A stretch of 64,000 bases of DNA from Eledone cirrhosa (taxonomy: Eukaryota), in NCBI GenBank assembly GCA_964016885.1, contig OZ024742.1:123070001-123134000 (forward strand). Reading direction: 5' to 3'. This document shows, piece after piece, positions 29,834 to 44,362 of the stretch. Below the pieces are notes generated by a model. That model had not been told where the DNA came from. It worked only from the letters and a program-made list of their open reading frames with translations, and searched no databases. How positions within the stretch are numbered: the stretch's first letter is position 1; the number at the start of each line of letters is the position of its first letter. Position numbers and translations under genes: made by a program.

Positions 29834-30809
29834 CACGGAATAAATTAACTTTTTATGATGTCTACCTGTTATTATTCATTCTTTATATACACTCCGGAAT
29901 ACAGAAGGATCAGGAACTAAGTTTCTTCAACAATTCTTCCATAACTCGTAGAGTAACCTCTCACCGTGCGTCAACCATATCCAGTGTAGTAATTAACCAT
30001 TACTACATCTTGGATAATCCTATACCTAATATATATATATATATATAAGTATATATATATATGGTTATACATATATATGGTTATACTTGGGGAGGGTCAT
30101 ATTTGTGTAATATTGCCAGAATTAATAACAGAACACACTCACTGTTTGGTTGGTTTTCGCTTCTCGCTTCTGTGTCTTTTATATCGGTAATCTAACTTAC
30201 TCGGTCCTCAATGTTGCCATTGACTGACCGACGGTCAAAAATAATATAGATACAATATAGACACAAACACATATATATAGTTTATCATAAATCTTTCGTT
30301 GCACATATGCAACATCGTCAGTGGTGTTATATTTTCCTCCTGTTGTATTGTATGTCTACGCCATTTTTATTCAGTCACGCAATATTACACAAATATGACC
30401 CTCCCCAAGTATAACAATATTTGTTTCGACACACGATTTCATATAAAAAACCTCGCAAAACTAGTATATATATATATATATATATATATAATAACAACTC
30501 CAGCTCGGAAGAGTGTTGCAACCAGTATGAGAACTGACGCATTTTATGGTTAAAACATATAATTGTTTATAACAGTGCTTTATCGTAAAACTCCCCTGAC
30601 TTGGTCACAGACATTTTAACGCCTTATTACCATTAAACGATCATTAATCAAATAACTTGTTTAATATTAAATTGCTTGCCCTTCATATTTAAAACTAAAA
30701 CACTATACACTACTTAGTCATATGAAATATTGATCTCCATACATGTTAATTATTATTATCATTGCAATTATTATCTGTATGTAAACAAACGCTACATTAT
30801 TATCTATGA

Positions 30810-31003
30810 TTGGCGGTGGATTGGCAGTATCGGTAGAGGACGAACGCCATGCTTTGACGCATGGAATTACTTCCCTTGCCATTCTGAGTTCAAAATCCCG
30901 CCGAGGTTAACTTTGCCTTTCATCCTTACGGGGTCGATTAAATAAAGTACCAGTAATACACTGGAATAATTGCTGGCCTTGTTCCTAAAGAATAAACAAT
31001 TAT
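30810..31003 (+). mobile_element. SINE-A, near full length
   Basis: ggcggtggattggcagtatcggtagag head and gagttcaaaatcc B box; other copies near 9995-10105, 16290-16440, 34985-35090, 46225-46412, 46980-47135, 50590-50740, 53530-54135, 54780-54930. Confidence 0.85.
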
Positions 31004-31582
31004 TATCTATGATTGGAAAAGAAAAGCAGTGGTACCAGTAACCAGGATCGATAAAAGTATTGGCTGTGTCTGAGAATATCGAGCAGAAGTCTATTAGAAT
31101 AATTAAATCTGTTGTTCTTATGATGGTTAGTTTGTGTCGTCGTAGAACAGAATGTAAGAAGGGGATATCAGAGATTCCTGTTGCTCTACAGGGCGATGAA
31201 ATCGCTCATTTTGGAATTGGTTAGAGATAATGTGTGCAAGTTAATGAAAATGTATTTATCAGGAAAAGGTGGTTTTGACACTAAAACGGTGCGAATCGCA
31301 AACACAATGAAAAAATACAATGATATAAAGCAGTAAAATGTTGACGAGAGGAGAACTGAAAACGAAGAAGAAATACAAGAAAAATCATAGTAAGGCAGGA
31401 AGTGTATGTGAATAAGTAAAAGGAAATAAGCCGTAGTACATTGAAACGAAAAGGATAATTTGTTAGTGCAGGATGTGTTAAGGGAAACGTATGGATACGC
31501 TCATTCACATTCATAACATCACACAGAATGTAAATAAATAAACGCATACATGCACAGACGCACACAATTACACACATATATA

Positions 31583-31706
<124 letters not shown>

Positions 31707-32412
31707 AATATATATATACATACACACATATATATGTACATATATATAAATACATATATATTCAATATATTGAACCGCCATTGAAATTTAGCTCTACATT
31801 TCTGCTAGTGTGACAGTAAGCCATGGCATTTTGTAATTTTAATAACATCATATAGTTAATGTTATAGAATAAGGAAAAATTGAAAATTCATGGCATGGAA
31901 TAATATTGAAATTAATAAAAATAAATCCATCTATAAATTGAAAGAAACCATATGAAATCAATAAAGAAATACAATAAATAGAGCCATTAATATACCTTTC
32001 CGAAGATATATGCCTGAGTTTCCTTTGAAAATGAAATTACACATTCAATACCTAATTATCAACACGGGAGAGTATTAGCTATTTATTAAAATTTTTTCTT
32101 GCTCTTATTTAGAATTATATGACGTTATCATGTTTTCCGAAATGGAAAATAACTCAATAATTGCACATATTTGGCGGCAATGTGATAAATAACATTATTA
32201 TGAAACGAATAAACATTCTAACATTGTCAAACAGTTTTACATTCGTTTTCTAATCATTGCAAATGATGTATCGTATCTCTTTGCAGACATATTTTACGGT
32301 AACTACAAATAGTAAGTTTGAAAAATATATATACATATATATGCAAACGTACATACAAATACACACATGCGCAAATATGAATCTATATATATATATATAT
32401 GTGTGTTTATGC

Positions 32413-32454
<42 letters not shown>

Positions 32455-32472
32455 GTGGACATATAAAGAGAA

Positions 32473-32521
<49 letters not shown>

Positions 32522-32793
32522 TGTGTGTGTGTGTTTGCGTGTGTGTGTGTGTGTATATATATATATGTATATATATAAATATATTATGAGAACATATTGA
32601 ATTTTAAACAAAGAATCGCTTCTTGCACCCTTAACAGGATTTTCTGAAGATCCAGTTAACGGTGAAAGCAGCGATTTTTGCTTAAACTTTAATCTTTTCT
32701 TATAATAAATATTTGCTCTAGGAGTTTATATATGTATATATATATATAATCCTTTTCTAGCCCACTTAGGAGTTTAGTATTCACATTTAGTAT

Positions 32794-32883
<90 letters not shown>

Positions 32884-32885
<2 letters not shown>

Positions 32886-33073
32886 CGGAAGCAATGTGGT
32901 AAGGAACCAGGTGGACCATAACGCACCAAAGTACTCAATACTTAGGGTAGTAGAGTGGGTAATAGGAACGAGTAGGACCACAACGGCTGAGCTCAAGCCA
33001 TTTCGACGGCTAATTCAGTCCAGAATTAGCCGTCGAAACGGCTTGAGCTCAGCCGTCGGGGTCCTACTCGTTC
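32884..33073. mobile_element. Fold-back family B pLTR fragment
   Basis: Inverted arms around ~33018, inside stem II; GAAA-cggc ttgagctca gccg-TC-gggg on the plus arm. Confidence 0.85.
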
Positions 33074-33097
33074 ATATATATATATATATATATATTT

Positions 33098-33530
33098 ATT
33101 AAAATAACAGATTAAAGTTTAAGCAAAGAATCGCTGCTTTCACCCTTAACGGGATCTTCTGAAACTAACAAAGTCAATCTGTAAACGCAGAACTGGATAT
33201 TTCAAAAAACGTTGCAACCCGAGGAAGACAGGAAGAGGATACTTTGGTTCGTGGTGACGTTCGCTGGCAAAGAACGGGAAAAAACGAATAATACGTCATT
33301 AATAGGAGCGGTGAAAAACAATTACGCGCAAAGACAGAACCACGTTTATGGTATAAAAGAGGTCGTAGACTAATGTTCTCTTAGGTGGTGCATAGCGACG
33401 TTCTCTGGTAATGAACGAAAAAACGAAGATAATAAGTCATATGTGGAGCGTGGAGAACAATTGCACGCAAAGACAAAACCACGTAAATGGTATAGCAGAA
33501 GTCGTAGACTAAAATTCTAACTAGGAGACG
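33098..33530 (-). mobile_element. Family H element with hammerhead-like motif and an internal ~140-bp tandem duplication
   Basis: Other copies at 32600-32695 (fold-back), 34555-34672(+) and 40562-40695(-); duplication 33256-33396 / 33397-33525. Confidence 0.75.
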
Positions 33531-33671
33531 GAATGAATCTCCGCTACAGAGTTAAGAACAAAGTAAATAAATACAATACAGAAGTAATAGAAACAAATAA
33601 ATACGTACACGCAAACAGATACGTACATACACAAGCATACGCAAAACCTTACCATAGGTATACAAAACCAG

Positions 33672-33878
33672 TACTACCACTACTACTACTACTACTACTG
33701 CTACTGCTGCTCCTGCTTATGCTGCTGCTGCTGCTGCTACTACTACTACTACTACGAATACTACTACGAATACTACTACTACAACTACTACTACTACTAC
33801 TACGAATACTACTACGAATACTACTACTACGAACACTACTACGAATACTACTACGAATACCACTACTACGACTACACG
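33672..33878. repeat. (CTA/CTG)n trinucleotide repeat with CTACGAATA-containing units
   Basis: Direct reading. Confidence 0.95.
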
Positions 33879-34220
33879 CTCGAAACAATAATGGATATTA
33901 ACGTCTCTATATTACATTCTACCACATAATACAATACTTCTGTACTATACGAACGAAAACTCGTGGCTGATAATTCATATTTACATCGTGTAGTTACTTT
34001 CATTTATTTCTTGACTTTATCTTTCGTAAACATGTGTTCGTAATAACATTTACTTTTGTCTTATAAATTATTATTAGCGCCCGAATAAAGGTCACTATAA
34101 AGATGCCACTTGTTTTATGGAGGTATGATCGAATTTGGACCTGCAAACTTTGGGTAGCGCTACTCTTCCGTGTATAAACGTAAATATATAATATGATATA
34201 ATATTATATATATTATATCA

Positions 34221-34510
34221 TCTATATATCTAAAACAGAGAATGTCTGTCTGTCTGACTCCCTAAAACTCAAGAACCACCCAACCGATTGTTTTCAAACT
34301 TTACACATGTAATGCTTATCGTCCTGTGAGTGTTTTGAGCAAAAGATATTTCAAATTTCCAATGCCCTTGGGACCGCATTATGCGATTTAGCGATATCTC
34401 TTTATAATTCTTAATCTTTCTTTTTAGATAGATACATAGATATAACGTTGCGCCCTTATAATATATGTCTGTATATCTGACTGTCTGCATTACGACGTTA
34501 TGACGTCGCT
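34221..34510 (+). mobile_element. Non-autonomous Helitron-like 5' end
   Basis: A|TCTATATATCTAAAA start followed by (TGTC)n and aaccacccaaccgattgttttcaaacttt, typical of invertebrate Helitron 5' regions. Confidence 0.6.
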
Positions 34511-34704
34511 ATCTGTGTGTGTGTGTGTATATAGTGTGAGTAAATATACAGTGTGTAGCGTTTTTCCAAGTATTTATTTCTGCGTTCACAGATTGATTTT
34601 TTTAGTTTCACAAGATCCCGTTAAGTGTGAAAGCAACGATGCTTTGCTTAAACTTTAATCTGTTATTTTAATACATAAATATATATATATATATAAATAT
34701 ATAT

Positions 34705-34746
<42 letters not shown>

Positions 34747-35135
34747 GATCGTCTTTCGTCAAATAGGACCGAGGAAACAATGTTTCCGTTGGTCTTTCCA
34801 ATTGCTAATACTATCTATCGGTGGCAACTCCAGATAGAAAGAGCAACGTGAAATAAAGTGTCTTGCTCAAGGACATAACGAATCGCCCGGTCCAGGAATC
34901 GAACTTACAGCCTCACGATTGTGAATCCAATTTTCTTACCACTCAGCCACGCGCCTTCGCTATATATATATATATTAAACCAAAGCCGGGCTATTAACTT
35001 TGCCTTTCATCCTTACGGGGTCGATAAAATGAAGTACCAGTAATGCACTGGATAATTTGCTGGCCTTGTGCCAAAAGTAGAAACAATTATATATTTATGT
35101 TCATACACGGAACAAAAGCGCTACCCAAAGTTTGC

Positions 35136-35204
<69 letters not shown>

Positions 35205-37393
35205 GATAGATAGATAGATAGATAGGTTTCCTTGCCCCACTCTCACCGAACGTGAAGCTAATAACACTATGTAACATTGGCTCCTGCGTTTGTTTGTTTG
35301 TCATTTTAAACTATATATATATAGGGCAACCAAAAGTGAGGAGGAGAAGGGAAAGGGAGATAATCTAGAAGGTTTTTTTTTTACGACGGTGCTAAAACCA
35401 CTGTACGTATAAACAAGGCAACAATCAAAACCGAACGGAAGGGGAGAGAGAAAAAAAACGAGAGTGAGAGGATAAGGGAAGAGAGAAGGTAGGGTCGATG
35501 CGAAAGTGTGGAGGGAACACACATCAACCAAAGCAAGTATGGTCACAGCGGTAAATACAAAAAGTTATGAAACGAAAGGAGCTGTGTGGTTACTTACTAA
35601 AAACAAGGTTTACCGTGGTGGTTATGACGGAAGAGAAAGGAAGAAAGTAGTTTCCATCGTCAGCTGTAAATGTGTGCCGAACCGATGTTTCGGCGCTGAA
35701 TTACAGGACATCGGTGTAGTTCGGGTACGCCCGAGGCCTTTTATTAATCACAAGGCCAGGAGGAAAAGGAGAGAGAAAGAGAGAAAAAAGGAGAGAGGAA
35801 AGGAAAGAGAGGGAAAGGAGGAATAATAGGGGGGAAAAGATGAGGAGAGAGGAAGAAGGGAAAAGGGGAAAAATAGGAAAGGAATAGGAGAAAAAAAAGT
35901 ATACAGGTCCCATCGTGGGAAGACACAGGTGAAAGAAACATGCAAAAAAGCAATACATATATAAAGTGTTGATGCGAAGAACATTTAACATTTTTTTTTT
36001 TTATATAAATTGACAGAATGGATAATCTTATAATTGATGTAATATATATCGCCGGTTGCGTTTGGTATAACAAACTTTTAAATTATTAACTGTTAAATAT
36101 TAAATATATTAAAAAAGATACATATATATATATATATATATATATTAATACGTACACACACGCGCGCAAACACACGCACACATGCCTCACACACACATAC
36201 ATATATATATGTTATACATAATTAATTAGATTTTTCACTAATATAGGTAACATGTCAGTGAAAAGAGATAGTTGAAAAAATCTCATTCATAGAGGCATAT
36301 ATATGTAGAGAATATCTTATACAAAATCATTGATCTAAGTTAAATGCACTAAAGAACATTTCACAGGCATCTTTACCAGGCGATATACTCAAAATCAAGC
36401 AACCTAAACATAGGAAGCCTGACTAAAATTCCTTGACCACAATTTGATCGCAGTTTCTGAGATGAAGAATTAAATCTGACCATTCCAATAGAAAAAGATA
36501 ACAATGTGGCAGTGTTAAATTATTTCCTTTGCAAAGCATATATCTCCAAATAATACTAGTTTTAATCTATTTTAGTGTTTTATTTCCGCATAGTAATTTC
36601 TGTTCTAAAAATCACATGCCTGTTTCACATTGAATGTTCCAATACGGTAAAATAATGAACTGTTAAAAACTGAGTTCAGTTAAGTAGATTAAGCTTTTAT
36701 GAAAGCTGTATTACATCATGTCTATATCCGAAAGCATTATGGTATGCGTTATGTTCGGCGAAATGATGCAAGATATATTCTAAAATTTATTTTGTTAATT
36801 ATATATTCCCAATGTAGTGATATATATGCAAGATCAGGAGAAACCTACTGTTTCTTAGCTCTGATCATGAAAAATTTTGAAAGTAATTCTATGGGCTTAC
36901 GAAGGTCTTAGCGCACCCACAATGCTGTAATATTTACCTCTTAATTTCACCTATTCGCTACCATGGTCACAGACTGACACTGTTGCCGATTGAGTCCAAA
37001 GCAGTCATGACACTTAACCAGAATAAGTTACCGTGCTATTTAGGTTTCGTATAACTCTTACCAAAGCTTCGAAATTTCAAGGATAAAGTATATAACTAAA
37101 TATATTTCGTTATTACGATGAATATGAAAAAAAAACTTTATCCATATCCATTTTACATATTTTAGGTTCAAATAAAAAGTATGAAAACATTATTTGATAA
37201 AGGGAATCTCGAATAATTGCCTTTGAACATCTAAACACTATGATAGCTTACACAAACTCGCGCTCACAAACACATTTATACTCTCTCACACACACACACA
37301 CATATATATATATGGGGGTCTGTGTGCATGTGTGTATGTATTTATAATCAGATAAATTTATACAAATACGTATATGTAAACACATATATATAA

Positions 37394-37464
<71 letters not shown>

Positions 37465-37574
37465 GCGCATGGAAGTTATCCGACCATCTTTCTCGGGGGC
37501 TACCTGTGAGTTTGCTGCCGGTTGATTTAGTCCGTATAATACATTGTAAAGCCTGCTTGAGGACACTGTTTCAG

Positions 37575-37664
37575 GAAGAAGAAGAAGAAGAAGAAGAAGA
37601 AGAAGAAGAAGAAGAAGAAGAAGAAGAAGAAGAAGAAGAAGAAGAAGAAGAAGAAGAAGAAGAA
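37575..37664. repeat. (GAA)~30 microsatellite
   Basis: Direct reading. Confidence 0.97.
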
Positions 37665-37921
37665 ATATGCTTGTGTCTAAACTAACTTAGCGTTTGGTTA
37701 GTTGTTTATTTCCCGTCTTGTGAAGTTTAAATAATGTCATTTAGTTTAGCTTAACGAAGAATATCTTCACCTAAATCACTTAAAAATACCAAACCATTCA
37801 TAACTGTAATTCCCCTGATAGAAGAGTTTAAATATTAAAGTTATGAGTTGACGCCATTAATAAGCAGGTTTCAGAAACATATTTACACCAAACACACACA
37901 CACACACACGTATATATTTAT

Positions 37922-38250
37922 AAGAAAGTGAGGTTTTTTTTACAAATTGAAAAATAACCGAGGTGTCCTACACGAGTGAAAGTATAAAGAAAAAGAGATG
38001 AAATCGAAAATGCAACTGGAGTCTTATATTTTTAAAAAATGTATATATTTATTTGGTTCCTTTACCGGTTTCGCAGTTCTTCTGCTTTTCAAAAGTAGAG
38101 TTGAGATGGAGGGTCTGTGGTTTTTCACAGACCCTCCATCTCAACTCTACTTTTGAAAAGCAGAAGAACTGCGAAACCGGTAAAGGAACCAAATAAATAT
38201 ATATATTTTTTAAAAATATAAGACTCCAGTTGCATTTTCGATTTCATCTC

Positions 38251-38254
<4 letters not shown>
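37922..38254. mobile_element. Fold-back element (~130-bp arms) with inverted hammerheads, family C
   Basis: Near-perfect inverted arms around gttttt at 38120-38125; (TA)n flanks. Confidence 0.88.
38148..38187 (+). ncRNA. Type I hammerhead, U3-A8 core, palindromic stem III
   Basis: ctt-TTGAAAA-gcag aagaa ctgc-GAAA-ccgg-TA-aag; mirror copy at ~38058-38097(-). Confidence 0.8.
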
Positions 38255-38302
<48 letters not shown>

Positions 38303-38437
38303 ACACTCGTGTCCCCTTTATCTACGTGTCCCAACGAATTATTTTAGCCGTTGCTCGCACCAACCGGAGGTATATGGTCTTTAAAGCGATGAAATACCAA
38401 TGATGGTTGGAAGATCACTGATGAAGGACTAACTTTA

Positions 38438-38476
<39 letters not shown>

Positions 38477-39370
38477 GTGTGTGTTGATAAACTATATATA
38501 TGTGTTTGTGTCTATATTGTATCTGTATTATTTTTTACCGTTGGTTAGTCAATGGCAACATTGACGACCGAATAAATTAGATTACCGATATAAAAGACAC
38601 AGAAACGAAAAGCGAAAACCAACCAAACAGAGAGTGTGTTCTGTTATTAATCTGGCAATATTACACAAATATGACCCTCCCCATGTATAACAATATATAT
38701 ATATATATATATACTAACAAAATTAAAGATGTGATGTCTGATGTGATGTCTGAGAATATCATAAACGCACATAGTTGCGGAGTTAACATACGAACATTTA
38801 ACGAGAACTTTCAATATAGATACCTTGCAAGAATGATTAATCTTTGATTAATAAGGGAATCATAGATGTTAAATCCTGGATCGTCAGCAAAGGAGAAGAT
38901 TTAAAGCTATCTATGATCTCACTCTAGGAACAAATCAAGGAATATTGACGAAAACCTCATGTGGTTTGGAAAAATACACATCGCCCCGCCGTCAACCCAG
39001 TGACGTGAATAGGTTCTCTCTCTCTCTCTCTGACTCACTATTTCTCTCTCTCTCATTCCCTACCCCTCTCTCACTTTGTTTGTGTGCAATGTTACATATT
39101 TTTTTTTAAATATGAATTATTAAGAAAGTTCAGGATTAGCTTATTTGAATAATATCCAATTTCCTCCATTTATTCAACCGCGTGTGTGTACTGTTGAACT
39201 GTTCGTAGTTTTTTTCAGATAACAAACAAATTAGGCGTCACTTCGTTGACAGATATGTCTACTATTCGGTCAACCTGTACTATCCTTTGATCAGAGCGAT
39301 TTGCCGTCAGGACTGCCGCAAATTTTATACACCTGTTGTCCGAAGGTCGCGATAGCCATGCATGGGTGCA

Positions 39371-39493
<123 letters not shown>

Positions 39494-39661
39494 ACACACA
39501 CACACACACGCACACACACACACGCCGTAATATATTTCCTCGAGAAATATATTTCTGCCCTCTCTCAACGATTATTCTATCTCAAGGCCATCGAAATATT
39601 TTAAAATAAATATACAGTAGAGAATTAGATATACAATACGTACATTCATATATATATATAA

Positions 39662-39739
<78 letters not shown>

Positions 39740-39741
39740 TT

Positions 39742-39950
39742 ATAAGCAGAAGGGATGTTCAATTTGTTCGTAATTCAACAAATATAAATGTTTATAACTG
39801 ATTCAGAGCACTCGACAGTCTTTCTGGAGTATAATATTCAATGGTAATAAATAAATGGAAACTATATTCATAAAACCATATTTATTCCATTATATATAAT
39901 AGAATATATATAGTGTTAAAAAATATAGTTTCCATTTATTTAATATCATT
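39742..39950. mobile_element. Family E fold-back centred on the hammerhead cleavage region
   Basis: Arms meet at attatatataat (~39889-39900); left arm matches 55157-55300. Confidence 0.7.
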
Positions 39951-39998
39951 ATATATATATATATATATAAATGTGTGTGTGTGTGTGTGTGTGTGTAC

Positions 39999-40033
<35 letters not shown>

Positions 40034-40071
40034 TATGTCTGTGTTATTCACCCTATAATAGACAGGTGTAT

Positions 40072-40106
<35 letters not shown>

Positions 40107-40363
40107 TATGTGTGTGTGTTTGTGTATGTGCGTGTGTCTGCAAAAAGCAAACAGAAATAGCTAGGCAAACGACACAGCGCAATGAAGAAATATATTAATA
40201 GTGGTACGCTTGATATAGTAGGAAAAGAGTCTTAAAGTTTCCGACGAAAATAGAAAGGGAAATCAAAGAAGAAATAGAATGGTAAAGGAGAATAGGCAGT
40301 GGCAGAACGAAACAAATATTTCTTAGAAGAAACAGTTCCATTCAGTTGCCATCACTTTTAAAT

Positions 40364-40451
<88 letters not shown>

Positions 40452-40524
40452 ACACGCACACACACACACACACACATACATACACCCACACCCACACACA
40501 CATACACACACACACACACACTCA

Positions 40525-40568
<44 letters not shown>

Positions 40569-41896
40569 TAACAGATTAAAGTTTAAGCAAAGAATCACTG
40601 CTTTCACCCTAAACGGGATCTTGTGAAACTAAAAAAATCGATCTGTGAATGCAGAAGTAAATATTTCGGAAAAACGTTGCAACCGAAGGAAAACTTTTGA
40701 TATATATTTATTCTTATTGAGCCCTCTTTGGGTGTTAGTCTCAAATGTATTATTATTACTATATATATATATGTATATATATGAAATTAACTGATTCCGT
40801 ATCTTATTTTTATATAATGTTGATAATCCGTCTGATCCCATATAGTTAATATTTTATGCTACCCATATTGTGGATAGCTTATGTAAGATTACACAACAGT
40901 CAGTCAATCCTTTGACCAACCAACACACATAAGTTAATTTAGTGTTTTTATTTTGCGTTTGCATTGTCTATCTTATATAATCCAGTTTATCTGCCCTTGA
41001 TTTGGGGCTTTTCTCACTATTTTCATTTTAGAGTAAACATTCCGATTTATTTTCATCGGCACAGATCGAACAATTTGGTCATCAGGGTAAACGAACCGTA
41101 CGTATGATGTATGGCGTCATTGTCGTAACTGAACTTAATGATTATATTCAAACTCGCCCTTATATTATGTATGAAGCAAAATTTTCGGATTTTTAAACAG
41201 TCACTCGATATTTATCATTTATTAGAAGAAGCGACGAAAGGTTATCATTTCCCGAGAAAATAAAAAAAAAACGCAGTCGTGTTAGACAACAAATAAATAA
41301 CTCTAAATTATACTTGAAAGTTGTTTATCTGAATAACAGCCTCAAAGAAGAGGCTTATAAATATAAAACTATTTCCTAATACGTACATTGCTTCATGTGT
41401 TTGATATATCAACCATTGTTCGTAAATAACTGAATATTGTCTCTGAATTGTAAATAATAGAAATATTGAAACCAAGTCGTATGTATGCAACAAGTGTTTT
41501 GATCTGAAATTCTGCAATGAGACTAAAACAATTATAACGTACTAAAATTATGATATTCTGTCAAGATATTTACTTATGATTTATTTCATTTTGCAATAGT
41601 TTTATACAAAGAACTTCAGACAACCATCGTATATGTGTGTGATTCAAAAGACCGCCATAAAACTATCTCGATACAATCACACCTCCGGAATATATATATA
41701 TATATATGTGTGTGTTTGTGTGTGTGTGTGTGAGTGTGTGTAAAGAGAGTGTGGGAGAGAGAGGAGAGTGAGAGATATATAGATATACATATATACATAT
41801 AAATACACATACGTATTCAAATGTGTATGTATATATATATATATACACACACTCACGCACACGGACACACACACATGAACCCCCCCCCCCCCCTCC

Positions 41897-41932
<36 letters not shown>

Positions 41933-42479
41933 CATTTTTTTCTTTATTTTCAACTTTCTTATCTTTGCATAATTCTTTATTAGCTTTTGTTTTATTCTAT
42001 TGAATTCCCTTTGAAGTGTTTCATTTGTGAAGAAGACACTAAAAGATTCATTTCATCGGGGATTATAAAACTGACATTTTTATGGCTTAGTGAGAGGATG
42101 ACGGACAGCGTCTCTAACCTTTCTTGAGACCTCCGAGACTGCTGCTAGAAAGATTTTCTTAGATCGGAGATATGACGTGAACACCAGATGTTGGCCTTAA
42201 ACAGGGTAACGGATTAAATCTATCTTACTTTGTAAGCAAACACTGTTGCTTTTTATGTATAGTCCCGTATTTATTGGAGTTTATATATATATATATATAT
42301 ATAGTTTGCAATGTCAAGTTACTTTCCGTTCAACTAAGTGAGCACGCGATACGTAGTCTCCTGTATGCACATTGTACTAAGCAGACTGTAATATTAATAA
42401 TAAGTATGGACGCAGCTTCAACATTTCATTAAGTGTATTCAAATGGGACGCGCGTTTCGCGATTGATCACCTCAAGGTA

Positions 42480-42606
<127 letters not shown>

Positions 42607-42948
42607 AAGCAATTAAACCGACCCCAACGCCAAGCAGTTTCCATTTGTGTTCCAGGGTAAGAATGACATGATAAGGTTGAGAGAGTGCATGCAATGAGAA
42701 ATAGACACTTTGTTTCCATGAATATGTACGAAAATATAAGGGACGATACAACTGTTACTAAAAAAATCTCCCACCTAAATTAAATGAAACGGTCAAAGTC
42801 TTTCAGCATCGACGAACCACAGAAAAATGTTTGTCTCAAGCAAGAGATGAGTAGAATAAAGAAAGGCGAAAAAAAAAATTTAAAGAGATGGATCTGAATG
42901 ATGTTTTCTATAAAAGTTATTTTCAAGAAAATGATACACCTATGCATA

Positions 42949-43023
<75 letters not shown>

Positions 43024-43025
<2 letters not shown>

Positions 43026-43161
43026 AACAGAGCTCTTGCCGTTTCAACAGCTAAGTCTAGGGTCTGGAAGTAGCTGTTGAAAATGCAAGAGCTCAGCCGT
43101 CGGGTCCCGACTCTTTACAATATAACCATACTCTACTATCCCAAGTATCGAGTTCTCTGTT
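43024..43161 (+). mobile_element. Family B-related pLTR fragment with short fold-back
   Basis: gagctcagccgtcggg and ctctacta...aagtatcgagt shared with family B. Confidence 0.7.
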
Positions 43162-43196
43162 GTATATATATGTATATATATATGTATATATATATG

Positions 43197-43249
<53 letters not shown>

Positions 43250-43354
43250 ACATATATATATGTATATATATATATATAAATCAAGAAAGAAGAGTAAGAA
43301 GAGTATCGAGTTCTCTGTTGAGTAATGGTCTAATTAGTTTCAAACTGAACCCAT

Positions 43355-43407
<53 letters not shown>

Positions 43408-43587
43408 ACTGCTGCATTAGTGCAGCAGAAACTCGAGTCCGGGAACCTTATAGGCACCTGTTTTACGTGTGTTGTGTTGAAGCCAAAAATGTGTGCATAC
43501 TCTGGTAATGTATCTTACATTGCCCATGGAGTGCGCTCAGATACAACCGGTACAGGCATTCATAAATATGCTGGGTCCGTCAACCCT

Positions 43588-43634
<47 letters not shown>

Positions 43635-43635
43635 C

Positions 43636-43730
<95 letters not shown>

Positions 43731-43780
43731 TATATTTAGAAACACACAGATACATGCGGACACACACATATATACATGAA

Positions 43781-43901
<121 letters not shown>

Positions 43902-44253
43902 ATATGTATATATATATGTATATATATATATGTATATATATGTATATATATATGTATAGATATATATATATATGTATATATATATGTATATATATATGTA
44001 TACATATATATATAAATATATATATATAAATCAAGAAAGAAGAGTGACAAGGTTTGCTAAGTGGACTACCTATAACAATAATTTGTTATCCCGTATATAT
44101 CTCTCTCTATATATATATATATATAGTAAGGTGCAATATTGGTTGTGTAAAATGGTCCAATAACTTTACCTCATATCAAGAATTTGAAGACTAAAATCCA
44201 AAGAGAGCTCGATAAGGATAAATATATATCAAATATATAAGAACCATATATAA

Positions 44254-44362
<109 letters not shown>

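Larger units (their letters stand above)
28910..30030 (+). mobile_element. 5'-truncated PLE with two nested inversions, EN C-terminus, UTR and hammerhead (family F)
   Basis: 28910-28988 is the reverse complement of 29805-29884; internal inverted repeat 28991-29076 / 29096-29181; (TA)n flanks. Confidence 0.85.

Noticed and set aside
32641-32690. Canonical-looking CTGAAGA core in a family H copy
   Set aside because: The CTG comes from the opposite arm at an inversion junction, and stem I is lost.
33533-33901. Leu-rich 122-aa ORF and Ser-rich antisense ORF
   Set aside because: Produced by the (CTA/CTG)n repeat.
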